Shown here piece after piece: positions 11,201-24,732 of a stretch of 64,000 bases of DNA. The position numbers and the translations under genes were made by a program. Source of the stretch: Tubulanus polymorphus (Eukaryota; Animalia; Nemertea); NCBI RefSeq assembly GCF_964204645.1, contig NC_134032.1:8606275-8670274 (forward strand), given 5' to 3'. The notes beneath the pieces were generated by a model. The model was not told the origin of the DNA. It searched no databases and worked only from the letters and a program-made list of their open reading frames with translations. Each line of letters opens with the position of its first letter. The first letter of the stretch is position 1.

Positions 11201-14200
11201 CAAATACGTCGAGAACCAAATCTGGCAGGACAACTCGGACAACTCGCTGCATATCAACTCGTGGAAGTACAACAAAGAGGAAGACCTACGCGGCGACTAC
11301 ATGTGCATCGCTCGGACTATAACACCCGTACAGGTAGTACGCGGTACCTATACGCTCGCGTTCGAAGGCGTGGCAGGTATGTGTTGTTGTGCATGCATGT
11401 GTTCTGTTAACCTTTCAAGCAGCGAGCAACCAGAGCTGCCGACTATTCCTGATTTTCAGTATTTGTTTCGATTTTATAACGAGAAATACTGATTCGATTA
11501 GTTTGATGCGTGAAGGAATATTACAGATGTTACTGAAGGTCTTAGTGTTAATAACTGAGTGATTAATTTTCTTTCATATTTTAATGAAATGTTACTCGAT
11601 TTGTTACTGACAGCGCTTTTCAGGGGTTGCCCGCCCTGCAATTGCCACAGTCAACTAAGAAGTCCTCATTAGACGCTCTAAACCGGTCGGTTAATCATTT
11701 AACATTATCTATTTTTTCAGCGGTCGTCGCAACTGGTGGCACGAGTTTCTGGTGGGTGGCGATCGTCATCGCTCTCATTCTCCTGTTGCTCATCATTTTC
11801 CTCATCATTTGTCTGATCCGTCGTAACCGCGGAGAAACGTATCTCGGTAAGTACAGTGAACACCGCTACAATTTTAAACTTTCAATTTTCAGCCACCCTC
11901 TGATTAGTAGTTTCCTAATACCAATCTGTACCGTACCAAATTTTGGACCGTAAAAAATGTATGTATATTCTTGGCCTTATTCGAGTACAAAATGATTCTT
12001 CGAAAAAGATAAAATACAATATAAGACTTTGAACTCAATTCCCTTGCCAAACAAGCTCCAATTTTCGAATTAAACCAGTTTGCCCATGGGGGCAACTCAT
12101 TAAAATATGTATGCGACTATATCCAGGAAGTACAAACATGGAGATCGGAGTGACTATTTATCATCTATTCTCCTTCCGCCTCCAATTATTGTGAAATTTC
12201 CTCAAAAAATATTTTTAAAAAAACCCAGATTTCATACAGAATAACCAGAAAATTTAGGGATGAAATCCTCTGTTGAATATTACACGATAATACACGACAT
12301 TGGCAAACCTTAGTTCGCTCTTAGTTAAACGGGAATCAGATAAAACAAGGAAAATCCAGGGAAAACTCGGGGAATTTGACAGATTTGGCACACAAAAAAA
12401 ACAGGATAACTCTTTGAATTTCGATAATGGTATTGATCGCTCGTTTCAATGACAATACTTGAGTTATAAAGAATGAATGAATATTGTAACATATTTAAAT
12501 CATGAAATTTCTGGGATTCCTTTGGTAGAATTTTGTTTTGTAACCTCGAAAAATAAGGGGCATCTCGGGGAATTTTTAAACTGATCCCCCTGTCCGAGTA
12601 TTTGTAGATATTAAAATGTTTCCGTTCGCGGTTTTTTTGCAGTCGACGAGAACGAACGAAAACAAGGAAACGACCCGGAAAAAGAAATGAAAGACGCCGG
12701 TTTCCATGACTACGTACGACCGTAAGTAGCCGATCTACTCTTTGATTATAGACCGAAATAACGTTTGAAAGATTTTGTATTCTTTGAATATTCTTCCTTC
12801 TTCCTCTGTGCTTTCTCTTTCTTTTCATTTCCATTCCTTCTCTCCTCCCCCTCTCCTTTCAACAATCCTCTTCTCTCTGCTCTCCCTCTCTCCTACTCTT
12901 TCCTTTGTCCATTCCTCTGTTCCCCATCTTCTTGCTGCCTCCTCCATGTGCTCTCCCTCTCATTTCGTTCCTTCTATATCTGCTCTCTTTTCCGCCCTTT
13001 TTTCCTCTACTGCCACTTGGCTCTCATCTGTTCTCTATATTCCTCTATCTTCATCATCTCTCCTCTCACCCTCTCACTCCCTCTCCTGCCTCTCCTCTCA
13101 TCTTTGTTCTCTCCACTCTAACCCATCTCTCTGACTATCATAGCTCCCGCATTTTCCGAGACGAGCTAGCGACGTCTTACGTTTAGTTGCCGCAGTAACG
13201 CGGGCATTGTTGCTAGCGCGCATGGCAAAAACGAACGAAAAATCGATTGCACGAATTTTTTACGAAATATCGATTCATGTTTTTAAATTGGCATAATTTT
13301 TGTAGTCGGGTAAACAAACGCAAGTCCGTTCGAACGTACGCCCCTTTTTAGAAAGTGCCCTTCATGATTTTGATAGTTCTTATGTAACATGTTCAGAGCT
13401 CGGCACCACTTGAGATGTTCAGTGTAGGCCACGGCATCTTACCGGCGATTCAGCTGGCAGTCCGTTATTTAGCCTATAATGTTTACATAAACACATGTGG
13501 CTGACACTAGGCTCACACAGTTACACAGTTGATGAATTGAAATAACTTTTTTCATATTTCTTTGAAAACATTTTCATCATAGTATTCTTTTAAATTACAT
13601 TTCACTGATTCTAGAGATATTGAGATATTGACTGATTCTAGAGATATTTTAAAAATGAAAATTACTCCAGTAATTACAGATTTATACGAAAAAAATCATT
13701 TTCAAATTCATCAGTCATTTAACGTCGGCGAAACAACTACATGCATTGTTCAATGACGGAGGGACCCCCTTGGTCCTCATGCGCATATATTACGTTGAGG
13801 ATATAGATACAAAAGCGGGATAACACACAAGACGAGTGAAGTTAGCAAACATTTTAAATTGAACTATTAAACATCCGGAGTTACTTACAGGCCCGTACCC
13901 GCGGGGGGGGGGATGCGTTAGGTGCGCCACCCACACACCCACAAAATCTCAAGATCCTCTATTTTTTGTCAAAGAAAATTTCATAGACTTGTTTTCACAT
14001 CTCTCTTCTCTCGCACTTGCTCACATTCATAACTATGATACAGATGTAGACACTGTTATAAAAAAATTTGCCACTCCATAAAAGAAGGATGAGACTCCAG
14101 TGTATGATGTTGGATTCTAATAAAAACTTATCCTGAAAATGTTTCGATCGAGGATTAATTACATTTTTAGCCCTCTTGGGACTTTAGTCCCAGCGGGCTA

Positions 14201-16162
14201 TTGCGTTCACTTTTCGTCCGTCCGTCCATCCGTCCATCTGACGACGGAATCCAGTTATTTTGGGAAGTTTTGATGACGCTTCAAGGTAATGTCTTGATAT
14301 TTGTACATAGGGTTCATACATGTATCTACCCTAGACACATCTTCAGCCCAAAAACTGGCCTTGTTAGAATCAAGATGGCCGACTGGCAGCCATTGTTGTT
14401 CGCCAAAATCAGCACTTTTTACACGTTTTTGAACTTTTTGAGAGAAATTTTGAAGACGCCTTGATCATTCGTATATATTTGAACCCCCAGGGACCATCAG
14501 CATAACAAAAATTGGGTCGATCGGACTCAAGATGGTCGTCCTAGGACCTTTTAAGTGCCCAAAAATGTTAATTCTGGCCCGAAGTCTGAGTCCTGTAGCT
14601 TCCTACAGGTTTGCCATTTCTCATTGCAATTCTCATTATTCTTTGGAAAGGGATGTTTTATACCTGAGACAGGTATTTTTGATCAGCCAATTATGACGCA
14701 ATTGGCGGCCATCTTGGTGTCATTAGTACTCGTTCGTAGGTGGGAAAACGTTTTTCAACATCATATTGATACCTAAGCATATTTTGTTACAACAATGAAT
14801 TAGATAAGTTGTAGCTTATGGCGTGTTCTATGATTGTGGTGAGTTTCAAGTTCATTGGTTTTTATATGAACCGGGGCCGTTGAATAATAGAATATCTTAG
14901 TATTTCTATATTATATTTGTACCAATGCATATTTTGTTACCACAATCAATTGCAAAGTTGTAGCTCATGACATCGTCTATGATTGTGATGAGTTTAAAGG
15001 AAATTAGTTGTTCTATATGGTCACCAGGGGGCGTTGAATAGTAGAATAACCTAGCATTTCCTTAATTTTATACAAAAACCAATGACCTTGAAACTCACGA
15101 CAATCATAGAACATGTCAGCAGCTACGATTTTGTAATTGATTGTGATAACAAAATATGCCTCGTTACCAATTCAATATGGAAATACGAAGTTATTCTACT
15201 ATTCAACGCCCCTGGTGACCATATTCAAAACCCAATAACCTTGTATCTCACCACAATCATAGAACATGTCATGAACTACAACTATATGACAATACGTCAT
15301 ACAGAATTGAAAAATATGCTGCCCTCACAGAGGACTGCCTGTTATACTCCCATCTTGCTTGATATGTTACCATACAAAATTGAAAAATACATCTGCCCTA
15401 TAAAAGATCCTTTATTTCCTTCAAGTTCTATACCCTCTCCTCTATATAATTTGTTAATTTTCTCTGAATTTGGATTGATTATCAGCCGACCTGACTTAAC
15501 AACCATTTGAGAGTAGTTTTTGTTCTAATTAAGAGATCAACTACGCCCTAAAATATCAAAATACTCTCAAAATCAGAAGATTTTCTGGTTCATTTTAAAT
15601 TTTTTGACATCAAATTGCTCTTATTTTTGGCGAAAATACAATTAGGGATGTCAAGTAGCCCTGTCTGTCTGTATTTTTGATCTTAAAATAGGCATTGTCC
15701 CTGTTGTTTATTTGGTTTGTAAATTTCGTTAGATTTTTTGATTGAGTGTCCCTTACAGACCCACCACACCTGCCGGGAGCGGAATTACTGTCTGTCTGTA
15801 TTAGTTGCACCATCTTGCGTTGCTACAGGTTTATTGCACAATTTTTAGAAAAAAATGTTCTGCCCTCAAATCAGAAGACGCACGATGAGTCGCGCCATCT
15901 GGTGGCTTTTGAAGAAAGCACGTGCAACCGCGATTAGAATTTTTTTCGATTCCCTTCTTTATTCCGTAGGAATCAAGACTCGGTTAAAGGAAGTCGCGCG
16001 TCGTTGAGCAGCGAAATGAAAATAGACAGTGACGACGACAACGACTCGATGGCCGAATACGGCGACATCGACGACGGCAAATTCAACGAGGATGGCTCGT
16101 TCATCGGGCAATACGGAAAAGATCGCAAGGGGGCGTCGCCACCTTACTCGGCTAACGACTAG
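5223..16162 (+). CDS. L1CAM/neuroglian-family cell adhesion receptor: 5 Ig + TM + FIGQY tail, no FnIII; 5'-incomplete
   Basis: GT-AG exons with consistent phases: 5223-5325, 6215-6453, 7150-7359, 7750-7887, 8204-8309, 8674-8858, 9386-9517, 9965-10129, 11047-11376, 11721-11846 (TM), 12643-12721, 15970-16162 (TAG). Total 2006 nt, ~668 aa. Ig Cys pairs: TLTCK/YACY, LKCNPP/YVCQY, LYCIS/YECT, FECQA/VQCRA, LPCKT/YMCI. L1-like motifs GNLFFSQI and QCRASNIHGSIIANGFINVV; tail DSMAEYGDIDDGKFNEDGSFIGQY. Confidence 0.92.
5376..5486 (+). pseudogene. Degenerate tandem duplicate of the first Ig1 exon (pseudo-exon)
   Basis: After TTCCAG it reads VRIPPSIVSNLQSAL*ASSEKAVFKCNA; TAA at 5420-5422, and its end phase does not match the next exon. 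Confidence 0.75.
7420..7642. mobile_element. Partial piggyBac-like MITE
   Basis: Shares internal sequence and the GCACTGAAAGGG right end with the 10244-10802 element. Confidence 0.6.
10240..10806. mobile_element. piggyBac-like MITE with TTAA target-site duplication
   Basis: TTAA-CCCTTTCAGTGC ... GCACTGAAAGGG-TTAA terminal inverted repeats; located in the Ig4-Ig5 intron. Confidence 0.85.
11721..11846 (+). CDS. Transmembrane exon of the L1-family gene
   Basis: AVVATGGTSFWWVAIVIALILLLLIIFLIICLIRRNRGETYL, with a neuroglian-like RRNRG juxtamembrane sequence. Confidence 0.93.
12790..13135. repeat. Low-complexity C/T-rich tract
   Basis: Polypyrimidine sequence that generates several spurious S/L/F-rich ORFs. 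Confidence 0.85.
14164..15300 (+). mobile_element. Non-autonomous interspersed repeat (Helentron/HINE-like)
   Basis: Begins TTTTTAGCCC, has a subterminal palindrome and a (GTCC)n tract; a diverged inverted copy lies at ~60090-60735. Family assignment is tentative. Confidence 0.6.
15970..16162 (+). CDS. Terminal exon with the L1 ankyrin-binding motif
   Basis: NQDSVKGSRASLSSEMKIDSDDDNDSMAEYGDIDDGKFNEDGSFIGQYGKDRKGASPPYSAND*; FIGQY at 16100-16114. Confidence 0.95.
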
Positions 16163-17044
16163 TGCGCCGTATAAGCGCGTCGATCGCAGTCGTATTAAAA
16201 CGTTCGATTTTATTAATTTCATTTTCAAGAGTGTGATGTCCGGGTGGATGCAGGCGGATTTCAGGAGGACAGATTCCAGATACTAACAATGAACAGCCAT
16301 GACAATACAAAAAGCAACTTTATTATCTACGGATGTAATAATTACACAATACTTTGTTTGATGCAGCTGTAACAAATACCACAAAGAGACAAGAAAAAAC
16401 CAACGTGTCACGCGCGAATAGTGGCAGCGAATTTTGAAAGTACGAGACAACTTTTTTTGCGCGGAATAAATGAGCAAGTTAAGTCCGCTGGTCGCCGCGT
16501 TTACTGCGGTTTTCGAGCGGAATGCGTACCACGCGTGGAATTGTCGAATATTCAAAGTATTCGATTAGTTATTGTTTCTTTTTAAACGAGTATCGATTAC
16601 ACGTAATTGAAGTAGTAGCTGATAAAACCATCGTCAGTGTGCGCCGAGCGGGTGTCCATCTATTTCGCTTTGCATTCTGCTGTGAGTGTGTGTGTAGCCA
16701 CAGCGAGTGTCCGTGCGCGCGAATGTCTTCGAACGTGTATACCTTTTTCGAGCGCGCGACTAGTGGACTAATTCGATGTACGGTAACTATTTATATTAAG
16801 CTTCAAATTGTAATCAAATGTTGTTAAACGCCACTTGTATTATATAGAGATCAGCGCGTACCGAAATCCAAGCTACCCCCTCCCCTCCCTATTCCTACCC
16901 CTTACCTGCATCTGAGGCTTCCTTTCGTTGTAGATATCGAGTGTCTGGACAAACTATATTTTATACGTCCTTAAAAAGAAATATATTTATCATAATGATA
17001 ATTTATTTTCGTAAACCTAGTGCATATAATCACATGAACAGTAA

Positions 17045-19570
17045 ATGCTTTTTTAACAAATTACATAGTACGGTTACGAGGCATCCAGTGCAAGCCGACA
17101 GGCTTTACTTTACTTAAACTTAGGGCACTGGGACCTTGTGTATAGCGCAGGAGCATGGTGCATATAAATGAAAAAATACATTTAATATATATAAATTATA
17201 TAGATCATGCTATTGATAATGATAATGTTAATGATTATCTTCTTAATATTATCAAAAATATATATAGAGAGGATTTATGTATTTTTGATATTATACTATA
17301 TTTAATGATAATAGTAATGACGATAGTGAAGAAATGGAGATATTATAAACAATAATGATGATGATAATAATAATAACAATATTAATAATAGAAATAATAG
17401 CAATAGCAATAATAAATGATAATAACAGCAATCATATTAATAATGATAATAACAATGACAACAATAAAAATCACAAAAACAATTTTAATCATAATGATGA
17501 CAATATACTTATCATTACCATTACTATTTCAGTTATTAAGGTAAAGATACTCATAATATATCATGATAATAATAATAATGATGATGATTATGACGATGGA
17601 GATAACAAACGACACAGATACAGATAATAATGATTACAAAGATTTCTAAGATCGATAGTCTAGTATAGCAACCAGTTAGACAAGACTAAACACATACCAA
17701 GTTTCTCCTTGAAGGGAAATGAGTAATTAAACTTATTTCAGTAATGTTTGTTTTTTTTAAATTGGAATAATAGCGAATTCATGCTGGTGGGTGAACGGAG
17801 AACATTCGGAGTATTTCGCCAAAAACTAGGCATCTGAGCTAAGAAAGATTTACTGTATAATTTGGATTTATGGAAAGCAGCTCGCGCATAGTTTAACTGT
17901 CTAGTATTTTGGGGGTGGAAGTTAAAATTATGGTGAAATAAATTTAGCAGTGGAGATGGGAGGGAGTTATGGGTGTATTGAAATCGTAATTTGAAAATTT
18001 CAGTTGAATCAGATCATGGAATTTGAGTATTTTGTAAATTTTGGAAATAGGACCTGTTGGGGCGTTATAAGCCGAGTTTTCGATGAGTCTTAGTGCTTTT
18101 TCCTGATAGTAAAGAGACTTTTCGATTGACTAGATGATAACAAAGGCCCCCACGCAATAAGTGCATACGTTAGGTGAGTTTGGATATAGCTCAAGTATAA
18201 CAATTTTTTAGTTCAGCTGGGAGTGAGGTTTTTAAGCTTCTTAAAAGATATACATTTTTGTTCAATTTGTTAATTAATTGTTTAACATGAGGTTCCCAAT
18301 TTAGACGATCATCAATTAGCAAACCAAGAAAATAAGTAGAGTTTTCAATTTCAAGAAAGAGTCTTCCAAATGCTATTTTGTTTAGTGATTTGATCAATGG
18401 TTTGCTCTTTTTCTTACTACTTTGTCTTATCTATGTTAAGAGTGAGTTTATATGAATTAAACCAGTCAATGATAAGATTGAGATCAATCTTAGCATAATG
18501 CAATATTGAATTCATTTGTTTGTTGGAAATAAGGAAGTTAGTATCATCTGCGAAGGAAAGTGCTTTGGTGTAGCAGAGGTTGCGATTAAGATCATTGACG
18601 TAAATAAGAAAAAGTAAATGGCCAAGGACCGATCCCTGTGGGACACCAATTGAAATGGCATTATAGGAAGAGTAGGCATTATTGAATTTAACAAAAACGA
18701 TTTTACGATTGCATAAATATGATTTGAACCAATCATAGGCATGACCTCGAATACCATTGTGGGATGATTTAAACAATAATGTGTTGATATCGAGGGAATT
18801 AAAGGCCTTTGATAAGTCCAAAAAGAGGCCAAGGGAGTAATCCCCCTTTTCTAGATTTTGTAATATGGAGCCTGTAAATTCTGTAATTGCATGTGTAGTA
18901 GACAGTTCGTTTACAAAACATGGTCACAAGACATGGTAAATGATCAGACAGGTGTGACATCAGAACAGCACTTTGATGATCAGAACTCAGCGCCGGAGAG
19001 AGATATGTATTGTCAATTAACGTAGCTGTCGCGTGTGTTATTCTGGTTGGCCGTAAAATAGTTGGAAAAAGATTATTTGATAAATTGATATCCAAAAGTT
19101 TGGAAGTGTTTTTATGATGATAAATCTTCATATAATCTAGATTTTGGTCCATTTCTAATATCATTTCACACTTTTCATTCTTAATTTTGGGTATCAAATT
19201 GTCGTATTCGGAAAGAAATTCAATTTCGCTAGTTCCTGGGAGTTCGCCAATGGTTGTTTTTTACTAGATTGAAAAGCCATATCAATTTCAATAAAACACG
19301 ATTCTAATTTACCTTCAATGAACACTCTAGATCCGGTCTCTTATTATAGGTTAAGTTATTACTTATATAAATTGCTACTCCTCCGCGCTTTTTCGAAACT
19401 CTATGATTCTCTATGAATTGGTAACCTGGAATTTTGCGTATAATTGAATTGGAATCAGTCAAAAAAGTTTCACATAGCATTATGCTGTCATTGGTAACAT
19501 TTTGGGATTTAAGTTTTTCAATCAATATTTTGAGTTCGGTCAAATTTGTTGTTAAGACTATGTATGTTAA
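17045..19570 (-). mobile_element. Decayed non-LTR retrotransposon (CR1/L2-like ORF2: endonuclease + RT)
   Basis: Broken ORFs: DSIMLCETFL...RGGVAIY (APE endonuclease), PTRIT...TLIDN...LSDHLP, DLSKAF...GVPQGSVLG...YVND...FADDT (RT); AAT-rich tract in its 3' region. Confidence 0.9.
17150..17640. repeat. Degenerate (AAT)n low-complexity tract
   Basis: AAT/GAT-rich; gives I/N/D-rich spurious ORFs. Confidence 0.85.
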
Positions 19571-20320
19571 GTTGAATTATATTAAGGTTATTCGTATTCG
19601 TACTGAAATGATTTTTTTACTCTTGCAATTCGAGGTACGGGCATTGATAACTGAACTTTTCCAATTCACTGTCATTATTGATATTGGTAAAATCGCCGTT
19701 TCTTGATTAACGAATGTCGCCTAGAAGCGGTGTGTATATCTGCCGCGTTGCCACGGCGCCTCGGTACGCATGCGCATATATTTGAATATTTGATAATGTT
19801 ATGATATGATGAGGGGGTCTCTTGTTTTGAATATTGTGGGTCTGCTGTCTGTACCCACACCGATTCAGCCTACCAAGAATCCTTACAATACCTGATGACG
19901 CTTCACCAAGTCCACTGTCCGAACGAAATGTGGTTCCAGGCTACAGGTCGTTTCAAGGGGCTGCACACGGGTACGCGGGCAGCAGGTGGATTGAGCATTA
20001 CGAAAGCAATAGCGAATTCGTTCTTAACCGTTCGTTTGAAAACGCATGCGTTCGTATGTGCGGAATACTAAAATTGACGAAAAACAAATAAACAAAAAAA
20101 TCCTCGAAATTGAATCTATATAAATGTATGTACGGTGTATATTATTCTCTGCCCCATTCATTCACTATCTGTGTGCAAAACGCCTTTTTCCATACGAGCG
20201 AAATATTTGTTTTTTTTCCCTCGGTGAGATTTTTGAGAGATTCAGCAAGATCGAAGATGTGCAGTCAAACTCGTTTGCCGATAAGTGGTCATCTCGATTT
20301 TTTGGCTGACTGAAATTAGA

Positions 20321-20579
20321 CCCTTTCAGTGCTTACTAATTGATACCCTATAGTGCTGGAGATTATTTGAAAATTTTTGAAAGATTCCACCCGGCCAGTG
20401 CGCTGAATATAGGGGATATACGGCTATAATGCAATACATTGTATTGTTAGTTACTAATTTTTAACCGCACATGGAGACAAAAGTTTATTACAAATACATG
20501 CACTGAGACGCAGTGTGCTAGCAAAGTCCATCATTAATCGATACACCGCATTGCAGTGTAGATGCACTGAGAGGGTTAA
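20321..20579. mobile_element. Shorter copy of the piggyBac-like MITE
   Basis: CCCTTTCAGTGC ... GCACTGAGAGGG-TTAA. Confidence 0.75.
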
Positions 20580-22032
20580 GCCAAAATAATCGTAATTTCA
20601 TTGACTGTTTTCGGAAAAACCATAGTATAATTGGAGTTTTCATGATTTTCTTTTTTAATTTTCGCGACAGATAATAATAGTTTTAGCAGAAACGGAAATT
20701 ATAGATAAGATGTCTGTTTATTGATTATTATGATTATTATTATCGGATGTTTTATTAATCACCGCCCGCGGTACCGCGCGAACATGAAATAGAAACGACG
20801 TTTTTATAACTTTTTATTATAAGTTCTGTGTCAAACATTAAGATGATGAATAATTGCAATAAAATGCTGCTTATATATATACGAAAATACGATACATGAG
20901 TACGATAAATACGATATATGAGTTTTCAGTTTTAGTTTCTTCGTGCGTTTCTTTTCTCGAGACCCGAGTAAGTTGAAAGTGGGAGCTACATTGAACTCCG
21001 ATATATCGCCCTCCCATATACCGCTACCCCGCCTTCCGCCAATTTTCTCAATGTACATCACGATACAAATACATAGTAAAACACCCCCCTATTTACCACC
21101 ATACTCTTTATACCGCCTCAATCGTTCTGCGTGGGGCGGTATATCGGGGGTTGACTGTATAAACTCTAACTAGCAATTGTAGAGCTAGAGGTCTTAACTG
21201 GGGCCAGTGAGAGCTTGGATGTAAGGCCAGTTTAGCCAAACTCCAACCAGGATCTGCAACTCAGCAAATCGGCTGCTTTTATTGTTTAGACTGGAATAAA
21301 ATACCCTGTTTCCCCTGATCAGCCATGTCATTTTCTTAACTGCACAATAATTTGTAACCAGTTCATTCTATAACTGCTGGGTCTGTAATGGTTAGCTCGT
21401 TCATGATTTTAAAAGGTAATGGTCAGGGTATTAAGGCGGCAAGCTGGGTCAACGGCAGAAATGAGAAACAAGGTTTCAATTATAGTTAGCCTCGGCTGGT
21501 ATCATTTCAGTTGGGCGTCAAAGATACGTAAGATTGTAAACACGATTTCAAGACCACATCTATCTGTTTTTAAAATAATATTCTCTTAAGGCTGGTTTCG
21601 ATCGATTCTGGAATACTCGTCTAGCGCATTCATTATAACCAGAATACACTCAACGATGGACTATTCAGAATAAGTATCAATGGACTGCAGAACAGTTTTC
21701 TCATTATCTAGTTCTAATTTGATTTCACAGATGGTGCTTATGTGTACACGAATTGATAGTAAGTAGATCACGAAAACAGTTAGTTCCGGGAAATTGTAAT
21801 AGATGGCGATTGCATCAAATTATTTCCATACATTACCAAAATTATCATTAATTTGATTATCATTTTGCTAATTTCACTCAATTATCAATTTACGGAATTT
21901 ACTATGTATAGTTTGCTATACTAGGCTGTATTAATGCATAAAGCCTCCACTCGAGTGCACCGTTTCCACTGTCTTGGAATGTTTCATGTCAAGTTGTTGG
22001 CCTTCATTTCTTTTTCTCCACGATTGGAATTT

Positions 22033-22700
22033 AACGGAATCGGAATTGAAGAATTGCTTTACAGTACGTTTAATTCAACACCTAGAATTGAGATTTATCA
22101 TCAAAGATAGAAAATAATTCAGAAACATCGAAATAAATCAAAAGTCATCAAACAAAAAAATTGTTATGATCAGTCTTCACTCATTATTTCTTCGCTCGAG
22201 TTTCTACCGTGTCCCATCTGGAATCAAATGATGGTGCACTTTGTAAACCTACCACACCTACCGAGATTTCAGAATTAATACTTGAGGTAATTGAGGTACA
22301 TAAATTTCGGTTCCGGTTCTTGTGAACAATCTTCCAATTAGCCTAAACCGGCAAGCGACTGAGTGGTTTTAACCGTAAAATTTCAAGCAATGACTGTTGA
22401 ACTGGTATCTGCTGGTCCAAAATGATGATCTCTGATCTAGCTCAGGAATTCTCAGAACTATGTTTAAAAACACGAGAGGATATCGCTTCGTTCGAGGGAA
22501 CATTTGAATGTTTGAGCGAGATTTGGAAAGAAAGCAAATCCACAGCTTATGTACAGTCTGGAAGATTGAATTATAGAATTCACCTCATGTAATCATTATT
22601 CATGTCGTCGACGAAATATCCGAGGGAAATAGATTATGATGTAACATAATGATTCGTTATTCAACAGGATTTACATACGTATTTGAGACGATTTCTGGAT
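22033..22700 (+). pseudogene. Inverted remnant of the MATE gene 3' end plus downstream flank
   Basis: 22033-22136 reads NGIGIEELLYSTFNST..DLSSKIENNSETSK* versus NGTGNGELHYSTFKST...DLSSKIENNSETSK* in 61607..63154; similarity continues to the reverse complement of ~61000-61600. Confidence 0.85.
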
Positions 22701-23128
22701 TGACGGTTGGTGCGTTGGTATCTTCAGATTTCATCCTCGGTTTTTGACATTCCATCTTATGAGCCCAAGCGCGACCCACAGGTTAAGGTCAATGAATCCA
22801 GAGGATATGCATCGTAAGGACCTAGTCTCAGTTATCTACAAACAATGGCCCATCAATAGGTCGAGCTTTTGAAGATAGTTAGCCACCAGGAACCAGTCAA
22901 TCAAAAGTTCATTAAAGACAACCAGTGGATAGTTGGCGTACACTAGTTACAATCAGTTGCGTAGCAGCGCCGCGGTGCAGAATAGTACGCCGACTCCTCA
23001 TTAAAAATCATTGCAACTACAGTATTCATCCGTTGGGTATTGTTAACCAACCTTTCAGCAACTGACCCAGGAATTTCTATTCTCTAACGATAAATAAACT
23101 TAAAACAATACTGATTTATCATTTTTAC

Positions 23129-23222
23129 CATCATAGTTCTTCGCTACTGTTAATGTGTTCAGCACCGAGATGGCGATCACTGCGACTGACACCAACGTTA
23201 AAAACCTCACGATCGCCGACAT
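23129..23222 (-). other. Orphan signal-peptide leader exon
   Basis: MSAIVRFLTLVSVAVIAISVLNTLTVAKNYD followed by a phase-1 GT donor; paralogous to the leaders at 39652 and 59531; no Ig exon follows it. Confidence 0.75.
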
Positions 23223-23919
23223 ATTTTCTGCTTGTTCGGATTTCGAGTTTTAACATCCGATCGACACGAAATCTGCAAACGATAAACGGATGATTATTTG
23301 GAAAACGGAAGTCAATAGAATTTTTATGGTGATCCGCCAACTTCCGCAAATCAATGAATCATAGCAATTTTTCTCAATTCTATAAAATTCCATGAAATAT
23401 ACAAAAAAACTGCGGCCTACAACTGTGTGCTGGCCAAAAGAGCCCACAGATCACACTACTACCAATCTGACCCTATTTATCAACTGTTTTCTACAACCTT
23501 CCGATTATCTAGTGTGTTTCTCCCTGGGTTATGAAATGTATACCATCATGGACTAATGGTCGTAGATTTTTTTAATCAAACTGAACGAATCATGAATAAA
23601 GTAACGGTAATTTAAGAATTAACTTAATCATACCTACGCTTTGAATGTTTTTTGATGATCGTTGTTAGCTTGTATACGTTAACGAATGGTTCACACGTTC
23701 CTAGGTAAGCGGTGTTTCGCCCGATCGTCCTCAGAAGGAATTACTGCGGTTCGTCTGTTCGCCCGTTTGTCCGAAGATTCAGTTAATTTAGGAAGCTTTA
23801 AAGACGCAAGACAATAGCCGTCTTGATATTCAGTCTATACGTGTATCTACCCTAGACACGTCTACAGAAAAAAACCGGCCCGATCATGTTCAAGATGGCT
23901 GTGCGACGGGGATTCTTGC

Positions 23920-24230
23920 CATTAGTGATTAGGGCAAGAGGCATTTCTGTAGAAAATCCTTTCCTGAATCCAAACTGTGAATCAGTAAGTAATTTATATT
24001 TGTAAAAAAAACTTGATGATACAGGTATAAACAATCTTTTCCAGTAATTTAGATATACACGGTAGTGCTGAAATAAGTCGATGATTTGAGAGCCTGTCAC
24101 GATTTTTGTAGAATGGAGTAATAAGTGCATCTTTGAATAAATTAGGTACAATCCCAGATTATAACTACAAGTATAGCCGTAAAGAAGCGATAACGGGTTT
24201 TCTGACAAGCCATGCGGCTAAAATTAAGGA
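23920..24230 (-). mobile_element. LINE reverse-transcriptase fragment (duplicated at ~40555-40850)
   Basis: LLTDSQFGFRKGFSTE motif in a broken frame. Confidence 0.7.
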
Positions 24231-24732
24231 AAATTCAAACGAAATTGACCAACCAGATAAACAACAGGATTAATCCCGCTTTTACGATCAAAAAGAAAAA
24301 AATTAAGGGATATAGAAAATAAAAATATTTTATTTGTGGGATTCGAACTTGATGTGGCAACTTCAGAAATAAAGATAGGGGATTCGAACCAGATATAACT
24401 GAAGATAATGAAAAAATGTCATTGATGAAATTGGCTGCAGACAAAGATTTGGATATTCTCGGAGCATTGCCCTTTTGGACGTATATTTGGCACATGTGCA
24501 TATGGATAGAAATAATTGTTTTAAAGCAGTTTCTAAGTTTGCTATATTTTTGTTTGGAATCAGTTGTTTTCCGGGTTGAAGAGCGTTAAAACAGCAGGTC
24601 TTATAACGCTTTAATGAGGTTAAAACCCTTTGTCTTCCATGGCTGCTCGCGTCTTACATACCACGAATCATTGACACGTAGCGAGTAAAACTGAAATCAA
24701 TGTTCATTTGAGGGCATTTCTACAGCGGATTT

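Noticed and set aside
12765-13186. Overlapping hydrophobic ORFs
   Set aside because: Stop-poor C/T low-complexity intronic DNA.
16029-16286. ORF MTTTTTRWP...
   Set aside because: Off-frame reading of the real FIGQY exon.
17155-17627. I/N/D-rich ORFs
   Set aside because: Degenerate AAT repeat.
19885-19950. Hammerhead ribozyme (CTGATGA...CGAAA)
   Set aside because: Stem II does not pair and there is no properly placed NUH cleavage triplet.
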